In this document: positions 34,709 through 43,453 of the stretch, piece after piece
Layout of the letters: the number at the start of each line of letters is the position of its first letter
Position numbering within the stretch: the first letter of the stretch is position 1
NCBI GenBank assembly: GCA_913054425.1
Contig: CAJXJG010000002.1
Span: 1-43,453 of the forward strand
Direction: 5' to 3'
Source of the DNA: an uncultured Fidelibacterota bacterium
GTDB taxonomy: Bacteria; Fidelibacterota; Marinisomatia; Marinisomatales; UBA8229
DNA: 43,453 nucleotides
The notes under the pieces: generated by a model
Told to the model about the DNA's origin: nothing
Seen by the model: only the letters and a program-made list of their open reading frames with translations
Databases searched by the model: none
Position numbers and translations under genes: made by a program

Positions 34709-35512
34709 ATGAAATCTTTCAATTCACATTTGGAAGAATGGATTCTTGAAAAGAATTCACACTTGTGTGTGGGGCTGGATATTTCTGCTGAAGCATTCCC
34801 GGATGCCGATCTAGGTCTTGATTTTTTGAAGGCTCACACTAAAAAGGTTATTGACGCTACCAGGAATTTGGCTGTTGCGTATAAGCCAAATCTTGGTTTT
34901 TTTGAACGCTGGGGAAGCAAAGGGTTTGAATGGCTTGAAGAAACCTTGGATTACATTGGAAATAAACACATTTTAATTGCTGATGCGAAAAGAGGAGACA
35001 TCGGGAATTCTGCAAAGCAATATGCAAAAAGTGTATTCAATCACTTTGGGTTCGATGCGGTTACAGTGAATCCATACATGGGTTCCGATGCAATTCGTCC
35101 CTTCATCTCTCAACCGGAAAAGGGTGCATTTATCCTGTGTAGAACCTCTAATCCTACCGCAGGTGAACTGCAGAACCAAAAAACAACCACTGGTATTTTG
35201 TACGAAATCGTTGCACAGTTGGCTGTTGAGTTGAACGAAAATGATAATGTCGGTCTGGTTGTCGGTGCAACGGTTCCCAAGGAAATTCAGCATGTCCGGG
35301 ATCTTGCTCCGGACTTACCATTGCTGCTGCCAGGAATCGGTGCTCAGGGAGGGGATCTGGCAAAAAGTATCAGTTATGGGAATACGAACGGAGTGGCTTT
35401 GATTAATATTTCCCGTGGTATTTGCTTTGCAGGTGATATGAGTGAAAATGCAATCAGAAACGTTTCAGAAAGCTACGTAACGAAAATGAGGGCAATTCTT
35501 AATGACAGGTGA
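34709..35512 (+). CDS. pyrF: Orotidine-5'-phosphate decarboxylase (long/type 2 form)
   Basis: LCVGLDI..., the catalytic DAKRGDIGNSA, and the C-terminal PGIGAQGGD phosphate-binding loop. Confidence 0.9.
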   Translation: MKSFNSHLEEWILEKNSHLCVGLDISAEAFPDADLGLDFLKAHTKKVIDATRNLAVAYKPNLGFFERWGSKGFEWLEETLDYIGNKHILIADAKRGDIGNSAKQYAKSVFNHFGFDAVTVNPYMGSDAIRPFISQPEKGAFILCRTSNPTAGELQNQKTTTGILYEIVAQLAVELNENDNVGLVVGATVPKEIQHVRDLAPDLPLLLPGIGAQGGDLAKSISYGNTNGVALINISRGICFAGDMSENAIRNVSESYVTKMRAILNDR

Positions 35513-36074
35513 AGAGTTAATAAAAAGTTTCCGTACTACCGGCGCATTGCTGGATGGTCATTTTTTGCTGACAAGCGGCCGTCACAGTGATAAATATTTC
35601 GAAAAGTTTGCACTACTTTGCCAGCCGGATGTTGTGGAAGCAGTGTGTGCATCAATGGCGGATCATTTCAAGAATGAAAATGTGGATATCGTTGTAGGCG
35701 CAGCGACGGGTGGAATCATCCTGGCTTATGAAGTTGGAAAAAATTTGAATACCAGAGGTATTTTTTCAGAGCGAGTTGAGGAGCAGATTACTTTTCGCCG
35801 CGGGTTTTACCTGGAAAAGGGTCAGCGTGTTCTCTTGGTTGATGATGTGGTGACAACCGGAGGTTCTTTATTCGAACTTATTGAATTAGTAAAATCTATG
35901 GGAGCGGTAATTGTGGGTATTGCAGTCATGTATGATCGTACCGGCGGAGATGTGAATTTTGGAATTACTACCTATGCGATTTATTCAGAAATCATTGAAT
36001 CATGGGAACAAGAAGATTGTCCTCAATGTAAACAGGGTATTCCTCTGACTCAAAGGGGTCGCACGGGAAAATAG
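35502..36074 (+). CDS. pyrE: Orotate phosphoribosyltransferase
   Basis: GHFLLTSGRHSDKYF plus the PRPP-binding motif VLLVDDVVTTGGS. It overlaps pyrF by 11 nt. Confidence 0.9.
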   Translation: MTGEELIKSFRTTGALLDGHFLLTSGRHSDKYFEKFALLCQPDVVEAVCASMADHFKNENVDIVVGAATGGIILAYEVGKNLNTRGIFSERVEEQITFRRGFYLEKGQRVLLVDDVVTTGGSLFELIELVKSMGAVIVGIAVMYDRTGGDVNFGITTYAIYSEIIESWEQEDCPQCKQGIPLTQRGRTGK

Positions 36075-36103
36075 ATTTAATCAACGAAAATGGAGATTCT
36101 ATA

Positions 36104-36772
36104 ATGAGAAAAGTAATAGGACTTGTGTTTATCATTTTGTTTATGAATAATGGATATTCACAGCAAAAGGATGGAGAGAAGGATGCAACCAAAACAGGGC
36201 ATGATTCAGAAGAAGGAGAAATGGTGCAAAAAATAAAGAATAAAGCAAATGGTATTGTAGTGATCATGGAAACCTCCATGGGATCTATCGAGATTGAACT
36301 GGATGAAGATAAAGCACCCGTTACGGTAGAGAATTTTTTAAGTTATGTAGCATCAGGAGCTTATGATAGTACAATATTTCATCGTGTAATCGATGGGTTC
36401 ATGGTTCAAGGTGGTGGTTTTACACCGGATGGAAATAAGAAACCTACCAACCCACCTATTGTGTTGGAATCAAAAAACGGCTTAACAAACGATTTGGGTA
36501 CTATCGCCATGGCGAGGACAAATATTCCTGACAGCGCCACGAACCAATTTTTTATAAATCTAAAAGATAATAGCTTTTTGAATTATTCTTCTACCAGAAC
36601 AGACTCATTATATCTTTCTTCCTCTTCTCCTGGTTATGCTGTATTTGGAAAGGTTGTTACCGGAATGGATGTCATCAATCAAATCAAGATGGTGAAGACC
36701 GGAACTCGTGCAGGAATGCCAGATTGGCCTGTTCATGATGTATTGATCAAAAAGATATCTCTGAAAAAATAA
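36104..36772 (+). CDS. Cyclophilin-type peptidyl-prolyl cis-trans isomerase, secreted
   Basis: A signal peptide is followed by FHRVIDGFMVQGGGF and QFFINL, and GKVVTGMDVI cyclophilin motifs. Confidence 0.9.
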   Translation: MRKVIGLVFIILFMNNGYSQQKDGEKDATKTGHDSEEGEMVQKIKNKANGIVVIMETSMGSIEIELDEDKAPVTVENFLSYVASGAYDSTIFHRVIDGFMVQGGGFTPDGNKKPTNPPIVLESKNGLTNDLGTIAMARTNIPDSATNQFFINLKDNSFLNYSSTRTDSLYLSSSSPGYAVFGKVVTGMDVINQIKMVKTGTRAGMPDWPVHDVLIKKISLKK

Positions 36773-36782
36773 ACTTTTTCCA

Positions 36783-37706
36783 ATGTTGAAAAAGGGAAAA
36801 CAAACCATCGGCATAGCGCTTGGTGGTGGAGGTGCCCGGGGAGCTGCTCACATTGGTGTACTGCAGGTACTGCACAGTGAGAATATACAGGTTGACCGCA
36901 TTGTAGGGACCAGCGCAGGAGCGGTTATAGGAGCGATGTACGCCGCGAAAGAGGATCCGCAATGGATTGAAAAGCGGTTCAGAGAATTTTTGGAAAGTAA
37001 AATGTTTAAAGGTTTAGGAACTGAACGGATGGTGAAGGGTAGCGATCCCCATTCACCTATTAGTCAGATAGCAAAAAAAGTCCACGATCAATTTGTCTTT
37101 ATCATGTCATTGAATAAAACGTTTATCATCAAAAAAGAGCGTCTAAAAACAGCTTTTAATTTCTTATTGCCAGTGAAGACATTTGAAGAATTGAAAATTC
37201 CTCTTCAGGTCACTGCAACAGATATTCAAACAGGTGAAATTCAAGTGTATTCTTCAGGGGATTTACTCGAGGCAGTTGTTCGAAGCAGTTCAATCCCGGG
37301 CTATGTGGAGCCTACTTTTCAAGATAATAAAATAATTGTCGATGGTGGTGTAGGGCTGCCTAATCCAGTCTCAATTTTAAAACCCCTGGTAGATTTTACA
37401 ATCGCAGTTGACGTCAAAAGGAAAATCGTTCCCGATTTAGCTGATTTAAACATATTTGAGATTCTTCAAAGGTCAGAGCTGGTTGGATATACAAAACTTT
37501 TGGATAATCTATTAAAGGAAGCTGATATTGTAATAAAACCTGATATTATGAACGATCATTGGTCCCATTTTAATTTATTTGATAAATTTTTAACTAATGG
37601 AATTAGTGCCGCAAATGAACAACTTCCAGATATAATTAGTAAGTTCTCAAAATCGAATAGCTGGTCTAACCGTTTTAAACGATGGTTTGATCAGAAGACA
37701 TTATAA
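36783..37706 (+). CDS. Patatin-like phospholipase
   Basis: Oxyanion-hole GGGGARGAAHIGV, nucleophile elbow GTSAGA (GxSxG) and catalytic Asp in VDGGV. No signal peptide is evident. Confidence 0.85.
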   Translation: MLKKGKQTIGIALGGGGARGAAHIGVLQVLHSENIQVDRIVGTSAGAVIGAMYAAKEDPQWIEKRFREFLESKMFKGLGTERMVKGSDPHSPISQIAKKVHDQFVFIMSLNKTFIIKKERLKTAFNFLLPVKTFEELKIPLQVTATDIQTGEIQVYSSGDLLEAVVRSSSIPGYVEPTFQDNKIIVDGGVGLPNPVSILKPLVDFTIAVDVKRKIVPDLADLNIFEILQRSELVGYTKLLDNLLKEADIVIKPDIMNDHWSHFNLFDKFLTNGISAANEQLPDIISKFSKSNSWSNRFKRWFDQKTL

Positions 37707-37754
37707 ATTAACTTTTTAGATGGTTTTTAATAACTTTACGAATTAAACCAAAAA

Positions 37755-39626
37755 ATGAAAAAATATTTATTCAGAGTACTGCTTTGTATTTGGATATTCT
37801 CAGGGATGGGATTAGCCCAATTTCAAAATCCGATATCAATTAAAACAGGGGGAGTTCTTCCTGCCCGTGCAGGAGAAGTCGTCAATATCACATTTGTTGC
37901 TAAGATGGATAGCGGATGGCACATCTATGCTGTTCACGATGTTCCGGATGGTCCCACTGCAACAAATATTTCCATTTCCGGTGAAATAATTGAGAAAATT
38001 GGAAAAATTACTGAACCAGATCCAATCGTTAAGTTTGACGAAGGATTTGGAATGATTACTCCCTACCACGAAAATGAAGTGAATTTTTCCATACCGATTT
38101 TATTACACACAGGTTTACTTCCGGGTGAGCATAGTCTTTCTGCAACGATATTATATCAAGTGTGCAACAGTACCTTGTGCTATCCACCAAAGAAAGAAAC
38201 TTTTTCTATTCAAATTATGGTAGAGGAAGGATCTCCGCGAGGTGGGAAAACAGATTTGATTTTAGCGTCAGTGAGAAATGCTAATGTTAATATTGATTTA
38301 GATGCTGCAATTCAAAAGGGGATATTATCATTTATCTTACTTTCGCTGTCCATGGGGTTTTTAGCCTTGCTCACTCCTTGTGTTTTTCCAATGATCCCAA
38401 TTACAGTTTCTTACTTCATCCATCAAGGAGAATTAGAAGGGCGTAATCCAATAAAACAAGCATCTGTATATGCTATGGGAATTATTGCAACATTCAGCAT
38501 ACTTGGATTTTTACTGGCTGTCTTTTTAGGCGCATCGGGCGCAAACCAGTTAGCGGCAAATCCATGGGTAAACCTGTTTATTGGTTCTTTATTCATTTAT
38601 TTTGCACTGTCTTTATTTGGTATGTATGAAATTCAGCTTCCTGAAAAGCTACGACAAATGACTGTAAAACAGGAGAGTCGGGGAGGATATATTGGAACTT
38701 TATTCATGGCACTCACATTTACTCTTACTTCTTTTACCTGTACAGTACAATTTCTTGGGCTACTACTTGTCGCTGCATCTCAAGGACAATGGTTCTGGCC
38801 TGTTTTGGGAATGGTTGTGTTCAGTACAGCTTTTGCAACCCCATTCTTTTTCCTCGCTCTGTTTCCCCAGTATCTTGCTAAAATGCCTCAATCTGGCGGA
38901 TGGTTGAATTCAGTAAAGGTAGTCATGGGGTTTATGGAAATTGCGGCAGCTCTTAAATTCCTGAGTAATACTGATCTCGTGTGGAATTGGGGATTTTTTA
39001 CCCATACCGTTGTTCTTGCTACGTGGACTGTGATTGCACTAATTACCGGGATTTATCTTTTGGGTAAAATACAATTACCTCATGATTCGAAAGTAGAGTC
39101 AATCGGTGTCGGCAGGTTGCTCATGAGTCTATTTTTTCTTACTATTGGTTTATATTTGAGTACAGGGCTTGTAGGTCGGTCAATTCATGGGTTGATTTAT
39201 TCGTATCTGCCACCAAAAATGGAGAAAGATTCTGGTGTGATTATTGGTGATAAATTTGAAGAGGAAAATTTTTATTGGTATTCTAATCTTGATGAAGGAT
39301 TAAAGGAAGCAGTAGGAACTGAGAAATCCGTTTTTATTGATTTTACTGGATATACGTGCACGAACTGTCGTTGGATGGAAGCGAATATTTTTACCGAAAA
39401 AGAAGTTATCCTCCGATTTAATAAGATGGTTTTGGTTCACCTGTTTACTGATGGAGGTGAAAATTACAGGGAAAAACAGCAGTATGAGATTGATCGTTTC
39501 GGAACGGCTGCCTTACCTTTTTATGTACTTTTAAATCCCCAAAATGAAGTAATTGCAACGTTCCCTGGCTTAACCAGAGATTTAGAAGAATTCCTGAACT
39601 TTCTTGATAAAGGTATTGTCGGATGA
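37755..39626 (+). CDS. dsbD: Thiol:disulfide interchange protein DsbD-like (N-domain + CcdA-type TM core + thioredoxin domain)
   Basis: A signal peptide and an N-terminal beta-domain with C-x3-C (QVCNSTLCYPP). The TM core carries LTPCVFPMIP and a second Cys-containing TM (TSFTCTVQF). The C-terminal thioredoxin fold has CTNC. Confidence 0.85.
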   Translation: MKKYLFRVLLCIWIFSGMGLAQFQNPISIKTGGVLPARAGEVVNITFVAKMDSGWHIYAVHDVPDGPTATNISISGEIIEKIGKITEPDPIVKFDEGFGMITPYHENEVNFSIPILLHTGLLPGEHSLSATILYQVCNSTLCYPPKKETFSIQIMVEEGSPRGGKTDLILASVRNANVNIDLDAAIQKGILSFILLSLSMGFLALLTPCVFPMIPITVSYFIHQGELEGRNPIKQASVYAMGIIATFSILGFLLAVFLGASGANQLAANPWVNLFIGSLFIYFALSLFGMYEIQLPEKLRQMTVKQESRGGYIGTLFMALTFTLTSFTCTVQFLGLLLVAASQGQWFWPVLGMVVFSTAFATPFFFLALFPQYLAKMPQSGGWLNSVKVVMGFMEIAAALKFLSNTDLVWNWGFFTHTVVLATWTVIALITGIYLLGKIQLPHDSKVESIGVGRLLMSLFFLTIGLYLSTGLVGRSIHGLIYSYLPPKMEKDSGVIIGDKFEEENFYWYSNLDEGLKEAVGTEKSVFIDFTGYTCTNCRWMEANIFTEKEVILRFNKMVLVHLFTDGGENYREKQQYEIDRFGTAALPFYVLLNPQNEVIATFPGLTRDLEEFLNFLDKGIVG

Positions 39627-40255
39627 AAACGAAAAGTAAATCTGCAGCATCTAAAATGATTAATATTATTATGTATCGCTTTCAGCATCTCATTTTAATA
39701 ATTATTACAGTTATGTCCTTTGGCTGTAGTCAAGGGGAAAAAATGACAGACGGAAAAAGAAAAAATGAAACAATAATGATATCTAGAAAACAGCAGCCTC
39801 CTCGACCGCCAGATGCTGTAAAAGCGCCAGACTTTTTATTATCTACTACTGACGGAATTTCCATTACCATGAATAATTTACTTGGAAAAGTTATTCTGCT
39901 CACATTTTGGGGAACCTGGTGTGCTCCTTGTAGAATGGAAATCCCTGATTTGATTAATTTACATGAAAAGTATAATGGCGATGGACTTGAGGTCGTGGGA
40001 GTGACTATAAGTTCAGGATCGATGGAAAATATTTCAGATTTTGTTGAAAGATGGAAAATTAATTATTTGGTCTTAACTGATATTGGTAATGATGAAACAT
40101 TAATGTTAACTGATGAATATAGCCGGGTTACCGGCAGACCAATTACCGGTGTTCCTTCAACATTTATAATAGACCGTGATGGCTATATTGTCAAATCCTA
40201 TATTGGTCCCCGTTCTGAAAGAGTGTTTTATAATGATTTAAAACCCTATCTCTGA
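39623..40255 (+). CDS. TlpA/ResA-family periplasmic thiol-disulfide oxidoreductase, lipoprotein
   Basis: Lipobox MSFGC and a thioredoxin fold with WGTWCAPC. The ATGA overlaps dsbD. Confidence 0.85.
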   Translation: MKTKSKSAASKMINIIMYRFQHLILIIITVMSFGCSQGEKMTDGKRKNETIMISRKQQPPRPPDAVKAPDFLLSTTDGISITMNNLLGKVILLTFWGTWCAPCRMEIPDLINLHEKYNGDGLEVVGVTISSGSMENISDFVERWKINYLVLTDIGNDETLMLTDEYSRVTGRPITGVPSTFIIDRDGYIVKSYIGPRSERVFYNDLKPYL

Positions 40256-40268
40256 CAATGTTGGAATT

Positions 40269-43244
40269 ATGAAAACAGGAGATTGCTTTCATTGTTTGAT
40301 GTCTCTATTTAAGACGTCATTTTTTTTTATAATTTGTATTTATTTCCTATATGGTTCTTCAAACGATAGTTGGCAGCAATTTGTTCACTACACAATGAAT
40401 GTAAAACTGGTTCCTGAATCTCATGAAATGAGAGGTACTTCGCACATTATTTATGTCAATAATTCTCCAGATGATCTCGATCGAATATACCTGCATCTTT
40501 ATCCCAATGCTTTCCAGGAAGGATCCGTAAAATACCGTGAGTTTCAACAGAAATATGGCAGATTAGGTCGAATTGGACCAATGTTGAAAGATATTACGCC
40601 GTATAAAGCTGAGATATCAATTCATTCATTCACAGTCACTATGGGAAATAATCAAATTTCTGAATTATTTGAAATTGATGATACAATTTTGACGGCATCA
40701 CTCCCTGAGCCTTTGGTAACCGGTGATTCCTTGATAATTAACATTGATTGGACTCATCATGTTGGAGAGCAGATTGAGCGTGCAGGGTATGTTGATGATC
40801 AGTATAATGCCGCTCAATGGTATCCTAAAATGGTTGTGTTCGATGAAAAAGGATGGCATAACGATCCTTTCCATGCTGAAGGAGAATTTTATGGCGAATT
40901 TGGAACTTTTGATGTAACTATTGATCTTCCGAAAAATTATATTATTGGAGCTACCGGTGTGGTTATTTCTGGTGACCCCGGATGGAAAAAGGTAGAAGTG
41001 GATACATCTCAGAAATTCGATGAGTGGCTAAAGAAATATCAGAAAAACAAAACTGATGCAGATTCTTCTGCAAGAAGAATTATCACCTTTCATGCTGAAA
41101 AGGTTCATGATTTTGCCTGGATTGCCTCTCCTACTTTTCTTTATGAGTACGGTTCCTGGAATGGAATTGATGTGCATGTATTGTACAATGAGAGCAACGG
41201 GGAGAAATGGACGAAAGTTGTTCGTGAACGATCCGAACGCGCATTGGAATGGTTATCAACTAAATTCGGAATGTATCCCTATCCGCAGGTGACAACTACT
41301 GACAGAATTAAAGGCGGTGGAATGGAATATCCCATGCTGATCATGAACGGTAGTGATTCAGAAGGGCTTGTCGTGCATGAAATCGGGCACATCTGGTTTT
41401 ATGGGATTCTGGCAAATAATGAGTTAGACGATGCCTGGCTGGACGAAGGATTTACCACATTCCAGACACGCTGGTATTTGGAAAACAGGTATCCTCCGAC
41501 TGGTCATGATTTTAGTTTGTCTCACTATAAAAACTATCAAAAAAAATGGTGGCGATATGCCAGAAGATTAGACGGAGCACAATGGAGTGCCATACGTTTT
41601 GCAACAAGTGGATTTGATGAACCAATTTCACGTTCATCCTATCTTTTTGGCAGTGGTTCTTCCTATCGGCAAAATGCGTATACAAAACCATCCCTGATGT
41701 TGGTTGAATTAAAATATATCCTCGGTGATTCAGTATTCCACAAAGCATTGCAGGCATACTTTTCCCGGTGGAATTTACAACACGTCAACGAGGAAAAATT
41801 TATTACAACAGTCGAAGAGGTATCAGGTCAGGACTTAGGTTGGTTTTTTAACCCATGGCTCCACGATACTGCTTTTTTAGATTATGCCGTTACCGGGTGG
41901 AAGAAAAAACAATTGGAAAACGGAAATTGGGAAGTGTCGTTGGATATCCGCCAGAAAGGAGACAGATTTCTTCCGGTGAAAATCCATTCGATTTTAAAAA
42001 ATGGAAAAGTCTATGAAACGTGGTATAAAAATCATCTCTGGAGATTTAAGGATACATTTGTCTTTACAGTGCCTTACAATCCTGAAAAAATAGTTTTGGA
42101 TCCGGATGGGCAGACAGTTGACCTGGACCGTAGAAATAATCAAACTGGCGGGTTGAAACATGAATGGCTGTTTAGTTGGCCGGGAATGTTCTACAAACCG
42201 CGGGATGCCTATGTGGTGCGCTGGTTTCCGCTTTTGTATTACCACGAATTAGATGGGTATATGCCCGGATTACACCTATCCCGTGATTACGGCCACTGGG
42301 AAGGAACTGATCTGAAACTGAACTATGGTCTTGAATCACAGAAACTATCATGGTCCGTTTTTTTATGGCGAAAACCGGTTCATTCCACTTCGGGAGTGTG
42401 GTGGGATTTATATGGATATAATCAAATTGCGATAGACCAGTTCACCGTTCGCATTCATGGTCAATGGAATAAAAAATATTCCGTTCCGCCATTCCATAGT
42501 TGGACATTTGGATTTTTCCATTCAAATGCAAAGGATACTTCCCGAACGGATTTATTTGATCCGGGTGTGATACGGACGGTGTTTGGAAGATACAAAATCC
42601 AAGTTGGATCAAAATCAGCCGGACTGGATATGACTATAGCACCTGATGATGTATCTGATTGGTCCTTTAGCCGGATCACAGTGACAATGAATGCCGAATT
42701 TTCTGCGAAGAAATTCGGAATGCTTGACCGGATGACGATCGGAAAAATTTGGTCTGGGGATGAGGGTGTGCCAAACCAGGAAAGATATACAATCGAACGT
42801 GCCGGATCTGGTGATATTTTTTCTAAGCCATATTTGCGGGATGAGTCCAGTTTTTACGGGATTCCCGAATTACGGTCACATTATCATCTTGCAGGAGACG
42901 CAAACTTGCGCGGATTTTTCGGAAAAGGATATGCAGGGACGGAAGCAATAATCACAAATACGGCGGAAGTGTATTATTCTCAATCGCTGTTTGGAATTAA
43001 TGTTAAGTTCGCCGGTTTTGTTGATGCGGGATTTCTCTGGGGAAGTCAATTCATACAAGGGGATAACGGATTTGATGGGGATTTTCTGGCAAATGCCGGT
43101 TTGGGGATTCGGTTGAAAAAAAATTGGTTTGGTAAATCCTTCTATCTTCGGGTCGATTCACCGTTCTGGTTGAACATTACTAATGAAGATGAAGATTCTA
43201 TTGATTTCTCCAGGTGGGTATTTAGTTTTTCTAAAGGAATTTAA
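40269..43244 (+). CDS. M1-family zinc aminopeptidase fused to a C-terminal Omp85-like beta-barrel domain
   Basis: A hydrophobic leader and a GGMEYP (GxMEN-type) motif. HEIGH is at 41376-41390, with Glu 18 residues later (41445-41447), giving the gluzincin HEXXH-X18-E signature. The C-terminal ~350 aa have beta-strand periodicity and Omp85-like motifs: LRGFFGKG, FAGFVDAGFLW, NAGLGIRL and the terminal WVFSFSKGI. Confidence 0.75.
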   Translation: MKTGDCFHCLMSLFKTSFFFIICIYFLYGSSNDSWQQFVHYTMNVKLVPESHEMRGTSHIIYVNNSPDDLDRIYLHLYPNAFQEGSVKYREFQQKYGRLGRIGPMLKDITPYKAEISIHSFTVTMGNNQISELFEIDDTILTASLPEPLVTGDSLIINIDWTHHVGEQIERAGYVDDQYNAAQWYPKMVVFDEKGWHNDPFHAEGEFYGEFGTFDVTIDLPKNYIIGATGVVISGDPGWKKVEVDTSQKFDEWLKKYQKNKTDADSSARRIITFHAEKVHDFAWIASPTFLYEYGSWNGIDVHVLYNESNGEKWTKVVRERSERALEWLSTKFGMYPYPQVTTTDRIKGGGMEYPMLIMNGSDSEGLVVHEIGHIWFYGILANNELDDAWLDEGFTTFQTRWYLENRYPPTGHDFSLSHYKNYQKKWWRYARRLDGAQWSAIRFATSGFDEPISRSSYLFGSGSSYRQNAYTKPSLMLVELKYILGDSVFHKALQAYFSRWNLQHVNEEKFITTVEEVSGQDLGWFFNPWLHDTAFLDYAVTGWKKKQLENGNWEVSLDIRQKGDRFLPVKIHSILKNGKVYETWYKNHLWRFKDTFVFTVPYNPEKIVLDPDGQTVDLDRRNNQTGGLKHEWLFSWPGMFYKPRDAYVVRWFPLLYYHELDGYMPGLHLSRDYGHWEGTDLKLNYGLESQKLSWSVFLWRKPVHSTSGVWWDLYGYNQIAIDQFTVRIHGQWNKKYSVPPFHSWTFGFFHSNAKDTSRTDLFDPGVIRTVFGRYKIQVGSKSAGLDMTIAPDDVSDWSFSRITVTMNAEFSAKKFGMLDRMTIGKIWSGDEGVPNQERYTIERAGSGDIFSKPYLRDESSFYGIPELRSHYHLAGDANLRGFFGKGYAGTEAIITNTAEVYYSQSLFGINVKFAGFVDAGFLWGSQFIQGDNGFDGDFLANAGLGIRLKKNWFGKSFYLRVDSPFWLNITNEDEDSIDFSRWVFSFSKGI

Positions 43245-43325
43245 TTATCCGGATAGTGCTTTTTAGGTGCTTTGAAACTTTTTTCTTTTTTATTCATACA
43301 ATCAACAAAAAATCAGGAGAATAAC

Positions 43326-43453
43326 ATGCGAAAAATTGTTTTTGGGATTATATTTATTATAACAGCCCTGACTTTTGCTCAAAATTCTATTTTAAAACAG
43401 TTTAGTCAAGCTTTTGCGGATGTGGCCGAAAAAGCAAATCCAGCTGTGGTAAC
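43326..43453 (+). CDS. Probable HtrA/DegP-family serine protease, N-terminal fragment (runs off window)
   Basis: AGGAGA (43315-43320) lies 5 nt before the ATG at 43326. The signal peptide is MRKIVFGIIFIITALTFAQ. FADVAEKANPAVV then follows, resembling the conserved start of the DegP/DegQ protease domain. Only 42 codons are visible. Confidence 0.45.
   Translation, partial: MRKIVFGIIFIITALTFAQNSILKQFSQAFADVAEKANPAVV

Noticed and set aside
36783-37706. Patatin gene as a type Vd (PlpD-like) autotransporter
   Set aside because: The 307-aa ORF ends right after the patatin domain and has no signal peptide, POTRA or barrel region. It looks like a cytoplasmic RssA-type patatin. It is mentioned only as context for the M1-barrel fusion.
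1-43453. Search for a defence island, prophage, integrative element, IS/transposon, toxin-antitoxin pair or CRISPR array
   Set aside because: No ORF shows nuclease, helicase, methylase, integrase, transposase, reverse transcriptase or phage structural signatures. No direct-repeat arrays or flanking tRNA/att-like repeats were seen. The only accessory-looking block is the glycan locus, which contains purely biosynthetic genes.

Overview
This is about 43.5 kb of chromosome from a low-GC bacterium. Gene content suggests an FCB-superphylum-like, probably marine, diderm: BatA-N double-TM protein, stand-alone PASTA protein, YfhO, many lipoproteins and Na+-coupled transporters. The lineage cannot be fixed from sequence alone.

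I support about 40 CDS, and coding density is very high. Bases 1-20548 form one co-directional + strand run with many 1-14 nt start/stop overlaps.

Content falls into three groups:
- Housekeeping genes: holA, arfB, mpg, yajC, def, fmt, hflX, pyrF, pyrE.
- Signalling genes: an ECF sigma/anti-sigma pair followed by a GAF-GGDEF cyclase, and an orphan histidine kinase.
- A glycan biosynthesis and decoration locus of about 12 kb (7569-19374). It holds a GtrB-like GT2, three GT4, a YfhO-like membrane glycosyltransferase, a Wzx-like flippase, a methyltransferase, a sulfotransferase, a FemAB-like transferase and a deacetylase. An envelope redox/proteostasis block (cyclophilin, patatin, DsbD, TlpA, M1 peptidase, HtrA start) lies at the 3' end.

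I found no rRNA, tRNA, CRISPR array, transposase, integrase or recognisable defence genes, so I cannot point to a clear new multi-gene system.

The observations most worth following up are:
- A 991-aa M1 aminopeptidase whose C-terminal third looks like an Omp85-type beta-barrel, an enzyme-barrel fusion reminiscent of type Vd secretion.
- A 169-nt rod-like imperfect hairpin with a central bubble (6S-RNA-like) in the only large non-coding gap (28474-28927).
- The GtrB/YfhO pair plus sulfotransferase in the glycan locus.
- The sigma/anti-sigma/diguanylate cyclase module.

All functional calls rest on motif recognition by eye, not on database searches.
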